Position numbers and translations under genes: made by a program. A stretch of 64,000 bases of DNA from IMG/VR virus record IMGVR_UViG_3300028844_004205, positions 2,366-66,365 of that record, one strand, 5' to 3'. Below are positions 1 to 10,251 of this stretch, piece by piece. The notes under the pieces were generated by a model. The model did not search any database. It had not been told where the DNA came from and was given only the letters and a program-made list of their open reading frames with translations. Source of the DNA: a virus. The stretch's first letter is position 1, and each line of letters starts with the position of its first letter.

Positions 1-105
1 CGGTGTATCATCCTTAACCCATATCTGCCCATCACCGGGGACATCTACCCCTGCACTTGACTGTTCCGTTAAAAAAACTCTGCCATCACCCGCTAATTTA
101 GTCAT
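1..105 (-). CDS. Partial tail-fibre/adhesin-like protein (N-terminus only, runs off the window edge)
   Basis: ATG at 105 overlaps the TAA of the 105..680 gene. Reads MTKLAGDGRVFLTEQSSAGVDVPGDGQIWVKDDTP with no stop. Confidence 0.6.
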   Translation of the reverse strand, partial: MTKLAGDGRVFLTEQSSAGVDVPGDGQIWVKDDTP

Positions 106-680
106 TATACTATTGTCCAAGTTGATCCAGCGGGTACTGTAATCGTATCACCAGCTTCTACTGTAAATGGTCCAGCGGTCACCATATTTCTAGTAGAGGT
201 TATTGTGTAATCACCAGAAGATGAGCTGTCATTCTCGTGCCCAATAGTGCTGCCACTTCCACCCGTTGAGGTGACATCTATCCAAGCATCACCTACATAT
301 ATGTAAGCCCGTTCAGTAGTCGTGTTAAATCTGCCGTCACCCTCTGTTGGGCTAGCCGGGAATCCTGCTCCAACCGTAAATGCGGTGCCGCCGGATGCCG
401 TAACATCAACCCACGCATCCCCTACATATAGATACGCTTTATCTGTAGTTGTGTTGAATCTTCCATCGCCCTCTGTCGGTGATCCGGGGAACCCTGCACC
501 TACTGTGAACCCTGCACCCCCACCACCTGATCCTACGGCGATACCACCTGCCGTTGAGCCATCACCAACATATAATAATTTAGTGTCAGTTACCCATATA
601 GGTACACCCGCATCAGGAGTGATACCTGATCGAGATGCTTCTAATCCCTGCCAAAATTTTATTTTGACTTTTTCAGCCAT
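105..680 (-). CDS. Tail-fibre-associated protein with Mtd_N/hyaluronidase-N-like attachment domain and internal duplication
   Basis: N-terminal GVPIWVTDTKLLYVGDGSTAGG motif. Two copies of FTVGAGFPxSPTEGDGRFNTTTxxAYxYVGDAWxDVT. Confidence 0.65.
   Translation of the reverse strand: MAEKVKIKFWQGLEASRSGITPDAGVPIWVTDTKLLYVGDGSTAGGIAVGSGGGGAGFTVGAGFPGSPTEGDGRFNTTTDKAYLYVGDAWVDVTASGGTAFTVGAGFPASPTEGDGRFNTTTERAYIYVGDAWIDVTSTGGSGSTIGHENDSSSSGDYTITSTRNMVTAGPFTVEAGDTITVPAGSTWTIV
270..509. repeat. Diverged intragenic direct repeat (270-380 and 399-509, period 129 bp)
   Basis: Near-identical 37-aa peptide with many synonymous DNA differences. Confidence 0.85.
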
Positions 681-2366
681 TTAGAAGTTGCCACCATCCA
701 TAGTTGTTGACCATGTGGGTACGCCGCCTGCAATCTGTAAGAATGTATCCGTTGCACCAACAGCAAGTTTACTCAGCACGTTACTTGCTGATGAGTATAA
801 TATATCACCTGTGGTGTAAGTAGTCAAACCTGTACCACCAGCAGTTGCTGCTATAGCTGTACCAGACCAAACACCAGTAGCGACAGTACCTAATTTGGTA
901 ATAGCACCAGAACCACCAGTCCAATCATTTAAACCATCTGGAGTAACTGCTCTAGTACCATCGGTACCTGTATTTGTTTCTGTTACAGTAGCTAATTCAA
1001 CATAACCTGCGACTGTATCAGAGGCAGCATCTAAGTTCTTCTGTACTATCGTCCAGTCTGCTAGTGCCGCTGCATCTACAGAGTCTACATCGGCTATTAG
1101 TACGTCACCAATTTCTAGAGCTTCCGTAAAGAAGGTACCTGCAACCGTAACGGTATACATATCACCGAGAACAAGAGTTGGCGATCCTGTATCAAGAGCT
1201 GGGGTGTTAGTCGAAGCGTTATACCCACCTTTATGTGTAAGCGCACCTGACACGGCTGCATTTAACTGCGCAACCGTTGCAGCATCTTGATCAGCCGTAC
1301 CGTCAGTAAGATCGGTAATCTTATTGGTGTTCATGCTGAAGTTTGCAATTGGTGCGGCTAAGCTATTTACATCCTGCAACTTCACATGCGCGGTAGTAGC
1401 TATCTGAGTTGTATTCGTTGCCTTTACTGCGGTGGCCGCGGTCGGCGCACCGGGAAGCGCGGTATTGTTTTCAAGAGAAAGAGTAACCGAAGCCGTGGCA
1501 CCTGCCGCTGCAATTGTGTCTATCTGACCCGCTGTACCTGCTATTAATAAATTATCAGTAGTGCTATCTGCTGTTGCCGTACCCGTGTCACCTGTCATTG
1601 TTAAGAACAAGTTCTGAGCAGGCGCATCGTCTGCTATCTGGGCAACAACAAAAGCAGTAGTAGCAATTTGAGTTGTGTTTGTGTCAACTGCTGCTGTAGC
1701 TGCGGTAGGTGCCCCCGGCAAAGCTGTGTTATTAGCCAGAGCGATAGTAATACTATCAGCACCTGAAGAGCCTACGGTAGTTATCTCAGTAGCTGTACCC
1801 AATATACTTAAAGTATCAGTAGTAGTATCTGCTACTGCATTTGTACCAGAGTCGCCCGCTACGTTTAAGAACAAGTTCTGATCCGGTGCACCGCCACCTA
1901 CATCAGGTTGGTCCCATGTAGCGCCGTTGTACCATTCTATAATATTGTCATCAGTGTTATATCTGAAAGTAGCTTCAGTATCGACTTGTTGTAATGTGGT
2001 ACCTTGTGGAAGTAGCATACCACCTGTACCAGAAAGCTGTGGGTTATCAGCAATATCAAAAGTAGGGTTGCCAGATATACCATCACCATTAGTCACGGTA
2101 AGCACATTGGCTGTACCTGTCATGGTTCGGGCTGCTACAGTCGGTGGTGTTGCTCCAGAGGCTGCTGCCGTCTGGGTTATGATGCCTACCCCCGGCCATG
2201 TTACGTGTTGACCAGAACCAGCGATGACATGTATGCCAGCCGACTCGATACCAATGTGAAGTTTCTGATCGTGCTCTGAATAAGCTACTTCGCCCTGCGC
2301 GAGCGAACCGGGGACACCCGTTCCACTTGCGAGCGTTCTGCGTTTAAGTCTAATAGTGTTAGCCAT
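681..2366 (-). CDS. Tail fibre protein
   Basis: N-terminal TIRLKR..GSLAQGEVAY...KLHIG attachment motif. Two copies of the fibre repeat ALPGAPTAATA..NTTQIATTA(F/H)V, plus AGYVELATVTET..GTDGTRAVTP. Thr/Ala/Gly-rich. Confidence 0.8.
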   Translation of the reverse strand: MANTIRLKRRTLASGTGVPGSLAQGEVAYSEHDQKLHIGIESAGIHVIAGSGQHVTWPGVGIITQTAAASGATPPTVAARTMTGTANVLTVTNGDGISGNPTFDIADNPQLSGTGGMLLPQGTTLQQVDTEATFRYNTDDNIIEWYNGATWDQPDVGGGAPDQNLFLNVAGDSGTNAVADTTTDTLSILGTATEITTVGSSGADSITIALANNTALPGAPTAATAAVDTNTTQIATTAFVVAQIADDAPAQNLFLTMTGDTGTATADSTTDNLLIAGTAGQIDTIAAAGATASVTLSLENNTALPGAPTAATAVKATNTTQIATTAHVKLQDVNSLAAPIANFSMNTNKITDLTDGTADQDAATVAQLNAAVSGALTHKGGYNASTNTPALDTGSPTLVLGDMYTVTVAGTFFTEALEIGDVLIADVDSVDAAALADWTIVQKNLDAASDTVAGYVELATVTETNTGTDGTRAVTPDGLNDWTGGSGAITKLGTVATGVWSGTAIAATAGGTGLTTYTTGDILYSSASNVLSKLAVGATDTFLQIAGGVPTWSTTMDGGNF

Positions 2367-2386
2367 GACAGCCCCCTGTTAATTAA

Positions 2387-2695
2387 TTAAAAAAAACCAG
2401 CATCGATATCATCTAAATCAGTAATTCTGACCCAAACTCCCGATACTTTTCTGTATAAATCTTCTACTAAGCTATTAATTGCGTAATCACCATCAACACC
2501 TAAACTATTACTCGGTACTCCGGCAACGGTTAGTATTCCGGCGCCCGCGGGACCAACTGCACCTACGGGTCCTGCGGGCCCTGTGGGTCCTTGGGTACCG
2601 CCAGTAACTACTTCCACAGTCTTTGTTGGAGCTATAACTAATGTGGTAGTTTCATTTTGTATTATTTGTCCGTCGCCGGTTACATTTACAGCCAC
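2387..2695 (-). CDS. Short collagen-like fibre/adaptor protein
   Basis: GTQGPTGPAGPVGAVGPAG Gly-X-Y repeat followed by PSNSLGVDGDYAIN...LYRKVSGVW. Confidence 0.7.
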   Translation of the reverse strand: MAVNVTGDGQIIQNETTTLVIAPTKTVEVVTGGTQGPTGPAGPVGAVGPAGAGILTVAGVPSNSLGVDGDYAINSLVEDLYRKVSGVWVRITDLDDIDAGFF

Positions 2696-3912
2696 TATTT
2701 AGCTCCGAACCAGAAGTTGCGTTCCAGTAATTTCTTAAGTTTTGCCCCCATACTTCCCGTTACTATTGCCGCAGTTTGTAGGAAATTCCAAACCGCCGCA
2801 GCTAATACAGAAGGTTCTGTTTGATCGATAATAGTCACAGCTCCTCCTGACAAATCAGTAACTATGAAAGGGCTGCCTCTGGTGTATACTGTCCCACCTG
2901 AGCAATCCGCTTCTATAATAATCCCACCTGAACTTACCCCTATAGTGTGGGTACCGCCGGTCATTCCTGAAAGACCAATAGAGCCTTTCATATTTCGTAC
3001 TTGTATTATACTGGTTCCTATAGTTGTTAGTCTTGCGTACTCAACTCCTTCTTTTCCTGAGTAACAATTAACCACATCAATATCTCCATTAACAGTTATA
3101 TCACTTCTTAATTCACTATCCTTAATTACCCCATTAACATTTGTAATATTTCCTATGATGCAGCTTGTGATATTATTTACACCATCTAATTCTCCGTTTA
3201 GGGTAAGGTTATTCATACTACAATTAGATAAGTTAACCCCTGTTCCGGCAGTAAACTCAATAAAGGGGGAATCCCCCATAATATCAAAACCTGCGGATAA
3301 ATCTGTATTAGGAGCGGCTGGGGACTGGGTATCAGTATTCAAATTACTAGTAATACTGATTACATGTAGTCCTTCCCTAACAGCTATAGTTACCGCGTCA
3401 TCAGTATTACTGGAAGGTGCTCGTCGCGACCCTATAGGGTCTGAGTCGCTCGTTCCTGTTCCTGAAACTCCTGTAACCGTATTAATAGCTACAGTATTTT
3501 GGAAGGTATTAAAAGCTAGTTGCTGCGCCATACTTTCAGTGACACCTTGCGTTACTGGTTGTAGTCCTAATATTGCGGTAGTGAATGTTCCATCTGTGGG
3601 TAGGAATGTTTCAATAGATGTATCTTCAACAGCTAAGTTGCCAACTATAAAATAAGTACCATCATTTTCAAATGGTTTGATTCTCCAACCATCAAGATTA
3701 TTTAAGAAGTAATATGACCCTTGGTTAATTATACCACTTAACGGAGCACCACCGTCTGGGCGGAATGCTTGTGGGTATTTTGCGTTCCCTGTAATCTTTA
3801 CCCATTCTTTCCAATCACTATATAAATCAATCTTTACATCCACCGTCAACACTCCATCAACTACTGCACTCAATGTAATGATTAAGTTATCGCCGTCGAA
3901 GGTAGTAGCCAT
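2695..3912 (-). CDS. Putative virion structural protein (beta-helix-like C-terminal half)
   Basis: 405 aa, translationally coupled within the fibre cluster, Ile/Asn/Gly periodicity. Confidence 0.55.
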   Translation of the reverse strand: MATTFDGDNLIITLSAVVDGVLTVDVKIDLYSDWKEWVKITGNAKYPQAFRPDGGAPLSGIINQGSYYFLNNLDGWRIKPFENDGTYFIVGNLAVEDTSIETFLPTDGTFTTAILGLQPVTQGVTESMAQQLAFNTFQNTVAINTVTGVSGTGTSDSDPIGSRRAPSSNTDDAVTIAVREGLHVISITSNLNTDTQSPAAPNTDLSAGFDIMGDSPFIEFTAGTGVNLSNCSMNNLTLNGELDGVNNITSCIIGNITNVNGVIKDSELRSDITVNGDIDVVNCYSGKEGVEYARLTTIGTSIIQVRNMKGSIGLSGMTGGTHTIGVSSGGIIIEADCSGGTVYTRGSPFIVTDLSGGAVTIIDQTEPSVLAAAVWNFLQTAAIVTGSMGAKLKKLLERNFWFGAK

Positions 3913-5534
3913 TATACTGGGTTATTATAGTTTCGATCAAAGCGTTGGGATATAGGTATATCCTGTGCTGCGGAAGGCCATGTAAAACCCTCTACCCTCA
4001 CAATTTCATATTGCGTGTTTACCACTGTATAATCAACACTGGTGCCACCTGAGATTGTTGCAGCGAATGATCGGTTGTCTGCTGTACCTGCTGTAGCATT
4101 TTCAACACCTGCTAATTCTGTTTTAGTACCAGCAGCATATACTCTTACCTCACTATTATCTCTCATTCCAGTAAAGGTACCAACAATATTAGTGCTTAGT
4201 GTAACAACAATACCTGCAGCATCATCTACGCCTACATTACTAGTTGTAGCAGCTACTCCGTCCACAGTACAGTTAATTAATGTTAATGTTAGTGATCCTG
4301 TAGTAGCGTTAAACCTTAGCGTTGCATCGTTAGCATCAGCAGTACTAGAAAATCCTGTAAACTCTACACCCTCAATAGTAAGGTCATCGTCTACGTTAAC
4401 ACCAAACTCAATAGCATGATGTGCTGTAGCACCCTTCTCGAATGTACAACCTGTATACTCCGTTAATGCTGTAGTGCCTGTAGTAGTCCTATCGTCAAAG
4501 ACTGCACCTTCATCTGCCAATACAGTCGGAGTCAATATATTGGAACCACTAATGTCTGCCCCACCAAGAGTAATCTGATCACTATTCTGCCATGTAGAGT
4601 TAATGCAAGAACCAGTACTAGCAAATACAGTTGTACTTGCACCAACAAACGTACAAGCACGTCCCGTAAAAGTGCCAACATTAAGAGTTAAAATAAAAGG
4701 GGAAGTAGTACCTAATGCCTCTATCTTAATATTTGTCCACTCCACATTCGATGAAGCGTTAATGATTTCAAACTCATTGAATCCTGCTGGTACAAACGGA
4801 TCATCTAATACTATGATGCTCCTATCAGCGTCCCGAAAGTCAACGGCTGTGCCAACCAATCCCATGACAAAATTACCATGATGTAAGTAACCGCCTGTGA
4901 CCGGTGTAAGTATGCCCCATCGTCTGGTAGTATCGGCATCAAAGGATGCTGCACCTTCAAATGTGGCATAGCCGTTACCTAGGTCACCATCTTGGCAGCG
5001 TAACTCTCTACCGTAACGAATAATCCCTATTGCATTCGGTGCACCTTTTAATGAACCTGAACCGAGGATTTTCCATTCAAATCCGAAGTGATCCCACGTA
5101 CTCGCAGCACCGGGAGAGCCTGACGTGTAGGAGTTAGTCTGTGTAGGGTCTACTGCGTAGTTTACCCAACTTAACAAATCCGAGCCTACGGCGTTACTTC
5201 CATCAACGTTGAAGCCCGCGAATACAGATCCAGATGTACCCATGATGACAGCACCACCAGAATTAGCAATAGTATCAAGGATATTTCTGTTTGCTTGTCT
5301 GGCCCAAATAAATACAGCATCACCAGCAGTGATAGAAGGGGCGCTAACATCATCTGCTAGCATCCCCTTCTGTGTTGCGGTAAAACCATTCTTACTGACA
5401 CACTGTGCCCCATTGATGAAGTAATCTGTTTCATCATTTAGTGCCGATGCACCTCCACCCGTAGCAGTAAAGTTACCTACGGCTTGAGCGTCATCGATCA
5501 GAGTTAAATCTGTCGTGTAAGAAGAAGCGGCCAT
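3912..5534 (-). CDS. Putative virion structural/adhesin protein (beta-rich)
   Basis: 540 aa, Thr/Gly/Ala-rich, coupled to both neighbours. Confidence 0.55.
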   Translation of the reverse strand: MAASSYTTDLTLIDDAQAVGNFTATGGGASALNDETDYFINGAQCVSKNGFTATQKGMLADDVSAPSITAGDAVFIWARQANRNILDTIANSGGAVIMGTSGSVFAGFNVDGSNAVGSDLLSWVNYAVDPTQTNSYTSGSPGAASTWDHFGFEWKILGSGSLKGAPNAIGIIRYGRELRCQDGDLGNGYATFEGAASFDADTTRRWGILTPVTGGYLHHGNFVMGLVGTAVDFRDADRSIIVLDDPFVPAGFNEFEIINASSNVEWTNIKIEALGTTSPFILTLNVGTFTGRACTFVGASTTVFASTGSCINSTWQNSDQITLGGADISGSNILTPTVLADEGAVFDDRTTTGTTALTEYTGCTFEKGATAHHAIEFGVNVDDDLTIEGVEFTGFSSTADANDATLRFNATTGSLTLTLINCTVDGVAATTSNVGVDDAAGIVVTLSTNIVGTFTGMRDNSEVRVYAAGTKTELAGVENATAGTADNRSFAATISGGTSVDYTVVNTQYEIVRVEGFTWPSAAQDIPISQRFDRNYNNPV

Positions 5535-5543
5535 TAGTAGTTA

Positions 5544-7985
5544 CTATGCTGCGTTAGCGTAGTTACGTTCCAACGGAGACGTAGCTGAAAAGGATAACCC
5601 AGTTGCTCGGGTTATTTGTAATCCAGTTACCTCAACATATTGACCTGTCTCCAGTCCAATTGCTTTGAGTACACATACCGCAGTCTCAGTAGTTCGTCCA
5701 CCTTGGCTATTGTTATCGTAGTCATAATCAAACGCGACTTGAGCCGTAGCTGCTGAACCAACAATATCAGAGCCTGAATTATTCTGCACGATAATAGCAT
5801 CAGGTGAGTTGTACGGATTTTCATCAATGTTAACTGTCTGATTAGTTTCCGCAATACCTACTGCTTGACCATCAACACGGATTACATCGTAATCAGCTGA
5901 TGGAGTTGTTTCAACAGTGACTCTGAACAAGCCGTTATTTTCTGGTTCAACAAACCCACTAATACGAATGTAATCATTCACAGCCATATTAGGTAACGTA
6001 CCTGTTAGGCTATAACCAGAACCTGATGGTGTAACTGTATCAATATCAGCACTTGTAGTACGTGCAGTATATTGATAATACAAGAAGTATTCAGGAGCTG
6101 TATCCGCTGTCAAGTTAGTGTTGAAGTTTAATGTTCCAGCTGCAACAAATGGGAAGTTACGAGTACCCGCTGCTGCACCAGTGTTATCAACGAAGAACAT
6201 GTTGTTAGTATCGTTTGCATCAAAGCCTTCGACAATAACACCTGCTCCACCGCCATTAGGATTAGTCGACTCTGCACCACCAAAGGTTACGTTATCACCA
6301 ACGTATGCAGCCAACGCGCCAGTCATCTTACCAATAACTGTTCCTTCACCATTATCATTAATGTTCGTAGCTTGTCTTAGTAAGTATTGGACACGCTCAT
6401 AGATGTTCTGAGCTGACACGTTTAATGGTGTGGCTCTTTGCATCGTAAATGATAAACTAGATTCCGTATCTGTTAATGCACCCGTAAGAACTACAGTTAG
6501 CACATTACCCGGAGCAGTTGGTGTACCACTAATAGTATGCACACCCTTATCAGTTCCTTCATGGATAATTAATGTTCCACCCGCATAATCTGCTAAAGCT
6601 TCACCTGTACCTAATGCATGATTCGCTGATGTAAAGGTAGTAGAAGTTGCACTAGCACCATTACTGTGAGAGTAAGTCCCTGCATCAATAACAACACCAA
6701 AAGTTCTTGGTACACCATCAGTATCAACATCACGGTTATATGCTGCGTCTAAGTAACGTAAGCGTACTTCATTCCAATCACCAGTTACCACGTTTGCATC
6801 AGTAACGTCGATCTTCTGATCCGCGTCATTCGCAAGTGGGAATTTGATAATCTTGGAAGATACAGCCGTTTCACCACCATCCGCTAAGGTTGATGATTGA
6901 AAGACTTTACCCTTCGCATCGCCATCTCGTATACGTAATGTGGTAGTAAACGCGTTACTATTGTCATAGGCAATTGTAGTAGTACCAATTGCTTCTGCAG
7001 TCCACGTAGTTGAGATAGTCATTGATAACGCTGTAACAGCCGTTAATAAATAAGTACCGTCATTGGATGTAGAGTTAGTGATTTCAATCTGACCACCAAC
7101 AACAAAACCATCAGTGATGAATGACCCACTAACACGATCAATCGTTGTAGTTGAATCAAACGATAGCGTATCGGCAGCTAAATCACCAAGGAACTGGTAA
7201 TACTGAACTGGTTCGTTTACGACGTTAGCAAACGCATAATCGACAGTGTTATCAGTAGTTGCATCATTACCAAAGAAGTAATACGCTTGATCAAGTGCAT
7301 CTTCGAACGTACCCAAGGTTGTTGAGTTAAAGAACTTCTTCTGTACAACACCTGCATTGTCTTTCTCATCCCAACCAGCGTTACGAATAAGGCGAACCGA
7401 ATCAGTACCAGATGCTGCATCAACCTTCAATGCCCAATCAGAGTTGTTACCTGATGGATCTTCACCAAATTCCCACTGACCAGCAGCGAACGAGATACCA
7501 ACCATTGGGAAGGCACCAGAATCTATTAACAGCTGATCTGTTTTCCATTCCTCTTTAATGAAGGAGTGAAGAGCAATCATCTGAACACCTGCAACATCTA
7601 AGTTACCTTGTTCCAGTAACCAGATCTCTTCAGTCAAAGTGTCTAGATAAACAGACTTTTCAGTAGTTGCTCCAGTCGCACCCAATATAGATGCGCCTTC
7701 ACTACCAGCGGTTGAAGGTACTGCCCCGTTAGATAGTTTATCTACGTTATAGTCAATAGTATCCGAATCAACACTAAACACTTGCCATAAACCGTTAACA
7801 AGCGGATCTGAGTGATCTCGTACTTCGAATATTTCACCTGCCGCCAAAGACGGCATGTTACCCCCGGCAGAGCCAAATGCTGAATCAGCACCTGTTCCCG
7901 GAGTTGTTACAACGAAATCAGTTAAGGCGGCGGGTAATACTATCGCCCCTTGATTGAGATCATCTGGGTCTGTAATTAGTGCCAT
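5544..7985 (-). CDS. Large putative virion structural protein
   Basis: 813 aa, acidic and beta-rich. GGAG RBS. LHSFIKEEW...FPM resembles LYSDWKEW...YPQ in 2695..3912. Confidence 0.55.
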   Translation of the reverse strand: MALITDPDDLNQGAIVLPAALTDFVVTTPGTGADSAFGSAGGNMPSLAAGEIFEVRDHSDPLVNGLWQVFSVDSDTIDYNVDKLSNGAVPSTAGSEGASILGATGATTEKSVYLDTLTEEIWLLEQGNLDVAGVQMIALHSFIKEEWKTDQLLIDSGAFPMVGISFAAGQWEFGEDPSGNNSDWALKVDAASGTDSVRLIRNAGWDEKDNAGVVQKKFFNSTTLGTFEDALDQAYYFFGNDATTDNTVDYAFANVVNEPVQYYQFLGDLAADTLSFDSTTTIDRVSGSFITDGFVVGGQIEITNSTSNDGTYLLTAVTALSMTISTTWTAEAIGTTTIAYDNSNAFTTTLRIRDGDAKGKVFQSSTLADGGETAVSSKIIKFPLANDADQKIDVTDANVVTGDWNEVRLRYLDAAYNRDVDTDGVPRTFGVVIDAGTYSHSNGASATSTTFTSANHALGTGEALADYAGGTLIIHEGTDKGVHTISGTPTAPGNVLTVVLTGALTDTESSLSFTMQRATPLNVSAQNIYERVQYLLRQATNINDNGEGTVIGKMTGALAAYVGDNVTFGGAESTNPNGGGAGVIVEGFDANDTNNMFFVDNTGAAAGTRNFPFVAAGTLNFNTNLTADTAPEYFLYYQYTARTTSADIDTVTPSGSGYSLTGTLPNMAVNDYIRISGFVEPENNGLFRVTVETTPSADYDVIRVDGQAVGIAETNQTVNIDENPYNSPDAIIVQNNSGSDIVGSAATAQVAFDYDYDNNSQGGRTTETAVCVLKAIGLETGQYVEVTGLQITRATGLSFSATSPLERNYANAA

Positions 7986-7999
7986 TTCTTATATCTCCA

Positions 8000-8410
8000 T
8001 TAGTATGTTAAACTTGCGCGGTTATCCCAGATTTGATTATATCCGGTAAATCCACCTTCTTCATTAATTCTCCTATATCCGCCTACCCCACTTGCCGGTA
8101 TAAAAGTTTTGAATATCTTAAACTTCGCTTCACTGCTTATTGCGGTTTCATCTATATAGTACCCTTCATAAATAGTTGTATCTCCAGCTGATGGAGTGTC
8201 ATCTAGTATTTCAAATTCTTTATCTTGATTCAATTGTTCCTCCTGCTGAGATAAGCCTGTAGGACCTATAGGTCCTTGAGTACCTCCTGTTAATACACTA
8301 GCTACTCTAGGAGTTGTTACTAGCGTTTGAGTAATAGGAGCAGTTTCTATAACGGCTACCTGCTCAGATACTATTAAGCTAAGCTCATTACCATTTACTG
8401 TAATGCTCAT
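8000..8410 (-). CDS. Fibre-cluster hypothetical protein
   Basis: Shares TGGTQGPxGPxG with 2387..2695. Ends WDNRASLTY. Confidence 0.55.
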   Translation of the reverse strand: MSITVNGNELSLIVSEQVAVIETAPITQTLVTTPRVASVLTGGTQGPIGPTGLSQQEEQLNQDKEFEILDDTPSAGDTTIYEGYYIDETAISSEAKFKIFKTFIPASGVGGYRRINEEGGFTGYNQIWDNRASLTY

Positions 8411-8772
8411 CTAGTTACTTCTTTAATTAGTTTAACCGTTCCTTTTACTAGTCTTGTTACCTCAGTACCATTCACCATTTCTAGGTCGTATGTAGCAGTT
8501 TCAAAAGTGAATGCTTCCGTGTCTGTGGCTGTAATTAGCAGCTCTATAGTACCAGCAGCATCACCTAAAGTTATGTCTGTAGGCGACACCATAGAATGAA
8601 GTGTGGCCGCATCATCTATATCCTCTCGGATCTGCATTCGCGCTGACCACCCGGTTAAATCTGTGGGCGTTCCATTCTCGTCATTCCATGTAAGTGTGAC
8701 TCTAAACGTAGCCCCTTGTTCAATCTCTATATCTAGCTTCTGTGCGAATTGTTCTATCTTAGGTGTAGCCAT
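8407..8772 (-). CDS. Beta-sandwich tail/fibre connector protein (BppU_N/LtfC-like)
   Basis: IEQGATF...DLTGWSARMQIR...YDLEM...RLVKG pattern typical of phage fibre adaptors. Confidence 0.65.
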   Translation of the reverse strand: MATPKIEQFAQKLDIEIEQGATFRVTLTWNDENGTPTDLTGWSARMQIREDIDDAATLHSMVSPTDITLGDAAGTIELLITATDTEAFTFETATYDLEMVNGTEVTRLVKGTVKLIKEVTR

Positions 8773-8773
8773 T

Positions 8774-9058
8774 TTAGACTCCTAATATCGTTGATATTGC
8801 CACAGTTAATACCCCGGCAAAAATAGTTATTAATATAGTGCGTCTAAAACTACGCATTTCTTTGCGTTCGTTTTTCATCTCTACCATATCTTTTTCAAGT
8901 ATCTCTAAAACAGTAGTTATGCCCGGTCTACCATTACCATATAACGAATGGTTATGCCCTTTGATAACTTCTTTTATATCTTTAATATCGCTTTTTAGAT
9001 CTTCTCGAATACCTTTTATTGCCCCAATTATCAGGTCCGTTTCTTTGTCAGTTCCCAT
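8774..9058 (-). CDS. Small membrane protein (coiled coil plus C-terminal TM), possible holin/antiholin
   Basis: C-terminal TILITIFAGVLTVAISTILGV, next to the spanins. Confidence 0.5.
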   Translation of the reverse strand: MGTDKETDLIIGAIKGIREDLKSDIKDIKEVIKGHNHSLYGNGRPGITTVLEILEKDMVEMKNERKEMRSFRRTILITIFAGVLTVAISTILGV

Positions 9059-9326
9059 TTGTCTCTACCCACTCCTTAAGTAGTTCCATGTTATCGCTAC
9101 ATTCTAATGCCGCGCCTTTTAGTTTGTTTATGTACAGAACCAGATCGCCATTCGTCTGCCCCTGAAATAGAGGTATTGTAGGCTTCCGCATCAATGCTTG
9201 GGGGGGAGTTACTACTTGTGTCACCGTCACCGTAGCTGGGCTCGTACTGCAGGAGCTCAATAATAGAATTAGGGATATCATCATCAGCCCAGTCAGCTGC
9301 TTCTTCACTTTCATTAATTGCGTCAT
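9048..9326 (-). CDS. Rz1: o-spanin (outer-membrane lipoprotein), largely embedded in the i-spanin gene
   Basis: Lipobox LLSSC, Pro-rich mature region, out-of-frame overlap with 9097..9621. True start probably at MMISL. Confidence 0.8.
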   Translation of the reverse strand: MTQLMKVKKQLTGLMMISLILLLSSCSTSPATVTVTQVVTPPQALMRKPTIPLFQGQTNGDLVLYINKLKGAALECSDNMELLKEWVETNGN

Positions 9327-9621
9327 TGTATAGCCCTTCCCAAGTATTAGCTTCTTGCTCTCGTATGGACAGTTTGGCCATAGCTCTAGACAGCAGATCG
9401 TCAGTGTTTTGAAGTATAGTATTAAGTTTCAAATACTCCTCCCTTTGGAACACTAAAGCGCTTCTGAGTTCAGCGTTATGTGCTTTTATTTCCCCTGATT
9501 TTTCAAGCGTGTAGGAGGTATACCATAAGGATGCGCCTAACCCTATAACTAAAACTGCTATAATACCTAGGAATACCTGATTTAACTTAACCCCTACAAA
9601 ACCTTTAATTGCTCCTATCAT
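9097..9621 (-). CDS. Rz: i-spanin
   Basis: N-terminal TM, coiled coil and WADDDIP motif, in the lysis cassette. Confidence 0.8.
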   Translation of the reverse strand: MIGAIKGFVGVKLNQVFLGIIAVLVIGLGASLWYTSYTLEKSGEIKAHNAELRSALVFQREEYLKLNTILQNTDDLLSRAMAKLSIREQEANTWEGLYNDAINESEEAADWADDDIPNSIIELLQYEPSYGDGDTSSNSPPSIDAEAYNTSISGADEWRSGSVHKQTKRRGIRM

Positions 9622-9835
9622 CTCTATCTACCTTCCATTTGTCATCTAAAGTGGCGAACCCCACGTAAGTTCCTACTACTGCAGCTAACGAATATACTAC
9701 AGCTATTATAACATCGGACTGCGGAGCAGCGAGCTTGTTGAATACCGCTGCTATTCCGATGCCTATTATAGCACATAACGACACCCACGCCATAGCTCTG
9801 CGGTTTTTCCATCTGTCTATTTCATTAGGTTGCAT
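9605..9835 (-). CDS. Holin (2 TM)
   Basis: RWKNRRAMAW, two hydrophobic helices and a charged tail, between endolysin and spanins. Confidence 0.7.
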   Translation of the reverse strand: MQPNEIDRWKNRRAMAWVSLCAIIGIGIAAVFNKLAAPQSDVIIAVVYSLAAVVGTYVGFATLDDKWKVDRDDRSN

Positions 9836-10241
9836 AAGACATTTTCTCCAGATATGCCCAAGGATTTACCTTCTTTCCTTCTAGATCCATAACCTCGAAA
9901 TGAACGTGGTTCGTGATCCCCGGGTAGGTGTCCGTCAGATCTTGGGCTAATCCTAACAGAGTTCCTTTGTCTACTTTGTTTCCCACCTCTACAGAAGGTT
10001 TCACATAGAAATATCTATACTTAATACCCTGAGGGGTTGTGACCTCTACATATCGATACTGTAGCTTATCTGCATATGGATACCCTAACTTCGTAACTTG
10101 CCCCGCGGACCCCGAATATATTTCAGTATCTGGGTAACAAGCGAAGTCAACGCCTTTGTGTTTACGAGAACCTCTTGGTGCCATCCATTTTCCTGATCCA
10201 TGTGTGTCTGTTCCTCTTGTTGGTAATCCTGCTAATATCAT
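9825..10241 (-). CDS. Endolysin, M23 family metallopeptidase
   Basis: HKGVD (HxxxD) and HVHFEV (HxH) zinc motifs, next to holin and spanins. Confidence 0.85.
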   Translation of the reverse strand: MILAGLPTRGTDTHGSGKWMAPRGSRKHKGVDFACYPDTEIYSGSAGQVTKLGYPYADKLQYRYVEVTTPQGIKYRYFYVKPSVEVGNKVDKGTLLGLAQDLTDTYPGITNHVHFEVMDLEGKKVNPWAYLEKMSYAT

Positions 10242-10251
10242 AGGGGGCTCC

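Noticed and set aside
105-2366. Diversity-generating retroelement suggested by Mtd_N-like domains
   Set aside because: No reverse transcriptase in the window, and the repeats do not show adenine-specific mismatches.
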